Of a DNA stretch of 64,000 bases, positions 58,643-64,000 are shown piece by piece; the stretch's first letter is position 1, and each line of letters starts with the position of its first letter. The translations under genes and the position numbers were made by a program. Under the pieces are notes generated by a model. It saw nothing but the letters and a program-made list of their open reading frames with translations, ran no database searches and had not been told where the DNA came from. The DNA comes from an uncultured Gemmatimonadales bacterium (GTDB lineage Bacteria; Gemmatimonadota; Gemmatimonadetes; Gemmatimonadales; Gemmatimonadaceae), in assembly GCA_963793305.1 (NCBI GenBank), contig CAWBZV010000014.1:64001-128000 (forward strand), written 5' to 3'.

Positions 58643-60165
58643 TACGAGAGGGCGCGGGACAGCACGCCCTCGGGATCGTCGGTGGCGAGTGGACTCACTC
58701 GATGGCGGCGCGCGGCGAGCGGGAACGCGATGGGAAGCTCGATCACGAACGTGGTCCCGACACCCGGTGTGCTGTCGACATTGATCGTGCCACTGTGCGC
58801 TTCGACGATGCCCTTGGCGATGGCCAGGCCGAGTCCCGTGCCTTCGGAATCGGCCGAGCCCTGATTATCGGCCTGATAGAACTTGTCGAAGATGCGCGGG
58901 AGTTGCTCCGGCGCAATACCGGCGCCGGTGTCGCGCACGATCATCTGGATTGTTTCCCCCTGGGCCTCCAGCCTGAGTTCCACGCGTCCGCCACGGGGCG
59001 TGAACTTGAACGCGTTGGAGAGGAGGTTGCCGAGGACTTCGTTGATGCGGTCGGGGTCCCAGAGGACGCTCTCGGGCAATCCCGCGGCGCGCATGACCAG
59101 GAAATCCACACCACGTTGCAGGGCAAGCACCTGGAAGGCCGTTTCCAGGTCGTCCAAGAACGGACCCAGGGCAAACCGCCGGACTTCCAGCTTGCCTCCA
59201 CCCGCTTCGAATCGGCTGACGTCCAATAATTGCTTTACCAGGCGGCCCAGCGACATGCACTGTGCTTCGAGCGTCCGGCAGACCTCGAGTTGCCTTTCGG
59301 TCAGCTCGCCGTACACGCCTTCTTGCAAAAGCTGCAGGTAGCCGAGCAGCACGTTCACGGGCGTTTTGAGCTCGTGGGACGCGACCGAGACGAATTCGGC
59401 CTTGAGCTTGTCGAGCTCCGCCAGCTGTCGGGACATCGAGTAGAAGCTCGCCGACAGCCGGCCGAATTCGTCCCGACGGCTTGGCGTGACGGACAGCCGA
59501 TAACTGAATTCGCCGCCGGCCACGGCCTCCATGCCGGTCTCCAGATCGCGCACCGGGCCGCTGACGGATCGGGTGAGCCACAGGGCCAGGACCAGTCCGA
59601 TGACCGCGGCGAACGCCAACAGAAAGATCGCCACTTTTCGCGCTTGCTCGGCCTCGGCCGAGGCGTTCTCGACGCGCATGCGCGTCCGATCGCGCAGCGA
59701 CCGCTCGGCGACCATCGTCGACGTTTCGATGTGCGCGAGCGCGGGTCGCACGCCCTTGGCGGATAGACTGTCGGCGCGCTTCGTCTTGCCCGCGACCGCC
59801 GCGGTGTACTCGTCGGGCGCCAAATGTGCGACTTCGGCGACCGCATTCTTCATGTCAGCCGCCTCGCTGTCGAGCGCGAACCGGGCGAGCGAATCGGCGC
59901 GCGCTTGCAGCGTCGCAACCGCGTGCGACACGCGATCGCGGCTCGCCGCATCGTGCACGAAGAGGAGCGCATCCTCGGCCCGCCGGAGGTCTTCGGTCCC
60001 CACGCGAATTCGGCCGAGCAACAGCGACGCGGCGAAGTCGTAATCGAGCATCTCCGCGGCGTGCTCGTGCAGAGTCTCGAGCGAGCGTAGTGCGACGTAC
60101 AGCGGGATGACGAGCACGAACGCAATCGCCAAAATGCCCAAAAGGAGCCGGGCGCGGAGCGTCAT
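58642..60165 (-). CDS. Membrane sensor histidine kinase (HAMP-HisKA-HATPase)
   Basis: Two TMs, HAMP (RRDEFGRL), ASHELKTP, NLLSNAFKF, DTGAG, GTGLGL. Confidence 0.94.
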   Translation of the reverse strand: MTLRARLLLGILAIAFVLVIPLYVALRSLETLHEHAAEMLDYDFAASLLLGRIRVGTEDLRRAEDALLFVHDAASRDRVSHAVATLQARADSLARFALDSEAADMKNAVAEVAHLAPDEYTAAVAGKTKRADSLSAKGVRPALAHIETSTMVAERSLRDRTRMRVENASAEAEQARKVAIFLLAFAAVIGLVLALWLTRSVSGPVRDLETGMEAVAGGEFSYRLSVTPSRRDEFGRLSASFYSMSRQLAELDKLKAEFVSVASHELKTPVNVLLGYLQLLQEGVYGELTERQLEVCRTLEAQCMSLGRLVKQLLDVSRFEAGGGKLEVRRFALGPFLDDLETAFQVLALQRGVDFLVMRAAGLPESVLWDPDRINEVLGNLLSNAFKFTPRGGRVELRLEAQGETIQMIVRDTGAGIAPEQLPRIFDKFYQADNQGSADSEGTGLGLAIAKGIVEAHSGTINVDSTPGVGTTFVIELPIAFPLAARRHRVSPLATDDPEGVLSRALS

Positions 60166-60273
60166 GTCCGAAGCTTAACGGTTGGGGTCATTCTATGTGA
60201 GGCTGCCGCGTTGACAGTGCGGGGGCACGGAGCCCACTTTTCGCGCCGCACACGACAACCGCCAACTTCTGCA

Positions 60274-61565
<1,292 letters not shown>

Positions 61566-61576
<11 letters not shown>

Positions 61577-62405
61577 CGCGCTGCCGCTTCACTTCCTCCC
61601 AGAGCTCGTCCAGTTCGGCCGGCGAGGAGTCGGCCAACGTGATCCCGCGATCCGTTGCCACGGTCTGTATCGCCGCAACGCGACGCTCGAACTTCGCGTT
61701 GGCCCGGTCGAGCGCCAACGCCGCGTGGACCCCGGCCTTGCGGCACAGGTTGACGCAGGCGAAGAGCAGATCTCCGAGCTCGTCTTCCAGCCGGTCGTGC
61801 GTACGAGGGCCGGCCAACGCGGCTCCGCCGCGCGTCGATGCAGCGCTCGCTGCGCTCACGCCGCTCGACTGGTCGGTTGGCCTGAGCCCGGCTGCGCCGA
61901 GCTCCTGGGTGACTTCCTGCAACTCCTCGGCGACTTTCGCGGCCGGACCGGACGCATCCGGCCAATCGAAGCCCACGCCCGCCGCACGGTCCTGCAGCCG
62001 GTGAGCACGGTGCAGCGCCGGCAGTGTCAACGGGAGGCCGTCGCCGAGTGAGGAGCGCTTTTTCGCCTTCATTTGCTCCCAGGGGATCTTCTCGGCGCCT
62101 TCGTACAAGTGAGGGTGGCGGGAACGCATCTTCGTCACCAGCCCGTGCGCCACATCGTGCATGTCGAATGCGCCGCGTTCCTCGGCCAGGACCGAGTGGA
62201 ACAGGATCTGGAGCAGTAGGTCGCCGAGCTCTTCCCTCAGGGCCCGATCATCGCCCCGGCGAAGCGCATCGTCGACTTCGTGCGATTCCTCGATCAAATA
62301 GGGGCGAAGCGACTCGTGCGTTTGGGCAGCATCCCAGTCGCAACGGACGCGTAAGTCGCGCATTATCGCGAGCGTATCTTCAAGCGATGCTTTGTCTTGC
62401 GTCAT
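61566..62405 (-). CDS. mazG: Nucleoside triphosphate pyrophosphohydrolase MazG
   Basis: [44 protein letters not shown] 62405 is preferred. Confidence 0.92.
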
Positions 62406-62418
62406 TGGCGGAAGTCTA

Positions 62419-63459
62419 ATGGGCGCGTGGCTCGAAATCGACCTCGACGCTCTCGTTCGCAACGCTCAGGCGATTGCTCGTCGCGCTCAGGCGCCGCTGT
62501 TGCCCATGGTCAAGGCGAACGCCTACGGCCTCGGTGTCCTCCCCGTCGTCCGCGCGCTCGAAACGCTCTCCCCGTGGGGCTATGGTGTGGCAACGCTCGA
62601 CGAAGGCATGGCGCTTCGCGCCAACGCAATGCATCGGCCGGTGCTCATCTTCACGCCACTACTGCCCAGGGAGCTGGAAACGGCCCACCAGCATCGATTG
62701 ACGCCAACCCTGGGTACGGCCGAGGCGATTGCCGCGTGGGCGCCGTCAGGCGCCCCGTGGCATTTAGCGATAGACACAGGGATGAACCGCGCGGGGATGC
62801 CATGGGATGCCATTGATACTCAGGGTCAGGTCCCCGAGGGCGCGTTTACGCATTTTCACTCGGCCGAATGCGGCGATGGATCGATGGAGCAGCAGTTGGG
62901 CCGCTTCAGAGAGGCACTGAGCCGTCTACCCGCCCGGCCCCAGCTGCTCCACGCCGAAAACAGCGCCGCGCTCGAGCGGCTCACGGGTCCGTCGGCGTGG
63001 GACATTGTGCGCCCGGGCGTGTTCCTGTACGGGGTCGGCAAAACCGCCGAGCCGGTGGCAACGCTCAAAGCGCACATCGTGGACCTGAGGACGATCGCGG
63101 CCGGAGAATCGGTGAGCTATGGCGCGACATACCGAGCCGCGAGCCCACGACGGATCGCGACGCTCGCGCTCGGCTACGCCGACGGGTATCGCCGCGCATT
63201 TGGGAATCGCGGCCGCGCGATAGTGAATGACCGCGAGGCGCCGGTGGTCGGAAATGTCACGATGGACATGACGATGATCGATGTGACAGATGTACCATGT
63301 GAGATCGGGGACGTTGCAACCGTCCTCGGGCAGGCCGGCGAGCGGGTTCTTGATGTGGTGACGGTCGCCGAGGATGGGGGAGTCTCCCCCTACGAGCTGC
63401 TCGTCGGGCTCGCGCTCCGAGCGAAACGGATCTACACGGGCTCGGGGGGGTACACGTGA
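62419..63459 (+). CDS. alr: Alanine racemase
   Basis: MVKANAYG, DTGMNRAG, VSYG, GYADG, VTMD. Confidence 0.93.
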   Translation: MGAWLEIDLDALVRNAQAIARRAQAPLLPMVKANAYGLGVLPVVRALETLSPWGYGVATLDEGMALRANAMHRPVLIFTPLLPRELETAHQHRLTPTLGTAEAIAAWAPSGAPWHLAIDTGMNRAGMPWDAIDTQGQVPEGAFTHFHSAECGDGSMEQQLGRFREALSRLPARPQLLHAENSAALERLTGPSAWDIVRPGVFLYGVGKTAEPVATLKAHIVDLRTIAAGESVSYGATYRAASPRRIATLALGYADGYRRAFGNRGRAIVNDREAPVVGNVTMDMTMIDVTDVPCEIGDVATVLGQAGERVLDVVTVAEDGGVSPYELLVGLALRAKRIYTGSGGYT

Positions 63460-63878
63460 CGCGCGCTGAGTTGGAGGCGCGAGCCATCGCTGCCGCCCGG
63501 AATGCGCATGAGCGGGCCTATTCGCCGTACTCGGGGCTTCGCGTCGGGGCCGCGTTGTGCGATATCAACGGAGCGATCGCCGTCGGATGCAATGTCGAGA
63601 ACGCCGCTTATGGTTCGACGATGTGCGCGGAGCACGGCGCCGTGATGGCCGCGGTCGTGGGCGGGATGCGCGCACCGGTGCTCCTCGCCATCGTCACGAA
63701 CGGACGCGCGCCGGCTCCTCCATGTGGCACCTGTCGGCAGGTCCTGGTTGAACTGGCACCGGACGTTGAGATTATCAGCCTTGCGGGAGATGGGGCGGAC
63801 CAGCGACAAGAACGGTGGCGCTTGACCGACCTGCTTCCGGACGCATTCTTGCCGTCGTCCCTCGACACTCCGACATGA
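63456..63878 (+). CDS. cdd: Cytidine deaminase
   Basis: AYSPYS, GCNVENAAY, CAE, PCGTCRQ. Confidence 0.93.
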   Translation: MTRAELEARAIAAARNAHERAYSPYSGLRVGAALCDINGAIAVGCNVENAAYGSTMCAEHGAVMAAVVGGMRAPVLLAIVTNGRAPAPPCGTCRQVLVELAPDVEIISLAGDGADQRQERWRLTDLLPDAFLPSSLDTPT

Positions 63879-64000
63879 CCGTTCGTCCCATTGCCGTCAT
63901 TGCCACCATCCTCGGCGCCGCGTTCGCGGCGGCCGCGTGCAGCGAGCATCTGAACGGTGGTGCTGCGTGTGTTGTTCCGGGGTTCTGTCCCGGGCAGAAG
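63875..64000 (+). CDS. Putative lipoprotein, runs off the right edge of the window
   Basis: ATGA overlap with cdd. MTVRPIAVIATILGAAFAAAAC-SEHL, lipobox AAAC. Confidence 0.6.
   Translation, partial: MTVRPIAVIATILGAAFAAAACSEHLNGGAACVVPGFCPGQK

Overview
GC-rich bacterial chromosomal window, densely coding and mostly on the + strand. Gene content and order suggest a Gemmatimonadota-like organism, but that is inference only. The main blocks are: (1) a partial secreted HEXXH/beta-propeller protein, a PRK/uridine-kinase-family gene and htpX-lemA; (2) tilS-hpt-ftsH-folP-cdaA; (3) an apparently continuous ~26 kb run from yggS-divIVA-PNP-ileS-dksA-lspA-rluD into a Firmicute-like che operon with no chemoreceptor gene; (4) a promoter, small membrane protein, tRNA-Val and TPR gene heading a dcw cluster (rsmH to ftsZ, no mraZ/murB/ddl); (5) M23 peptidase, vWA protein, ftsY, recG, a histidine kinase with a lipoprotein, asnS, mazG, alr and cdd. 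The most striking element is an 8-gene cassette nested inside the che operon between cheC and cheR. It encodes a large TPR protein, two DUF4388-type proteins with MshEN (c-di-GMP-binding) motifs, three Roadblock/MglB domains, MglA and a tandem DnaA-type AAA+ protein with no DNA-binding domain. Other signals include DnaA boxes around the ftsZ promoter, near-leaderless and head-to-head promoters, and ten +1 frameshifts that all duplicate the A of a GA(C/T)G motif, probably modification-linked long-read errors. No CRISPR, IS, integrase or rRNA was seen.
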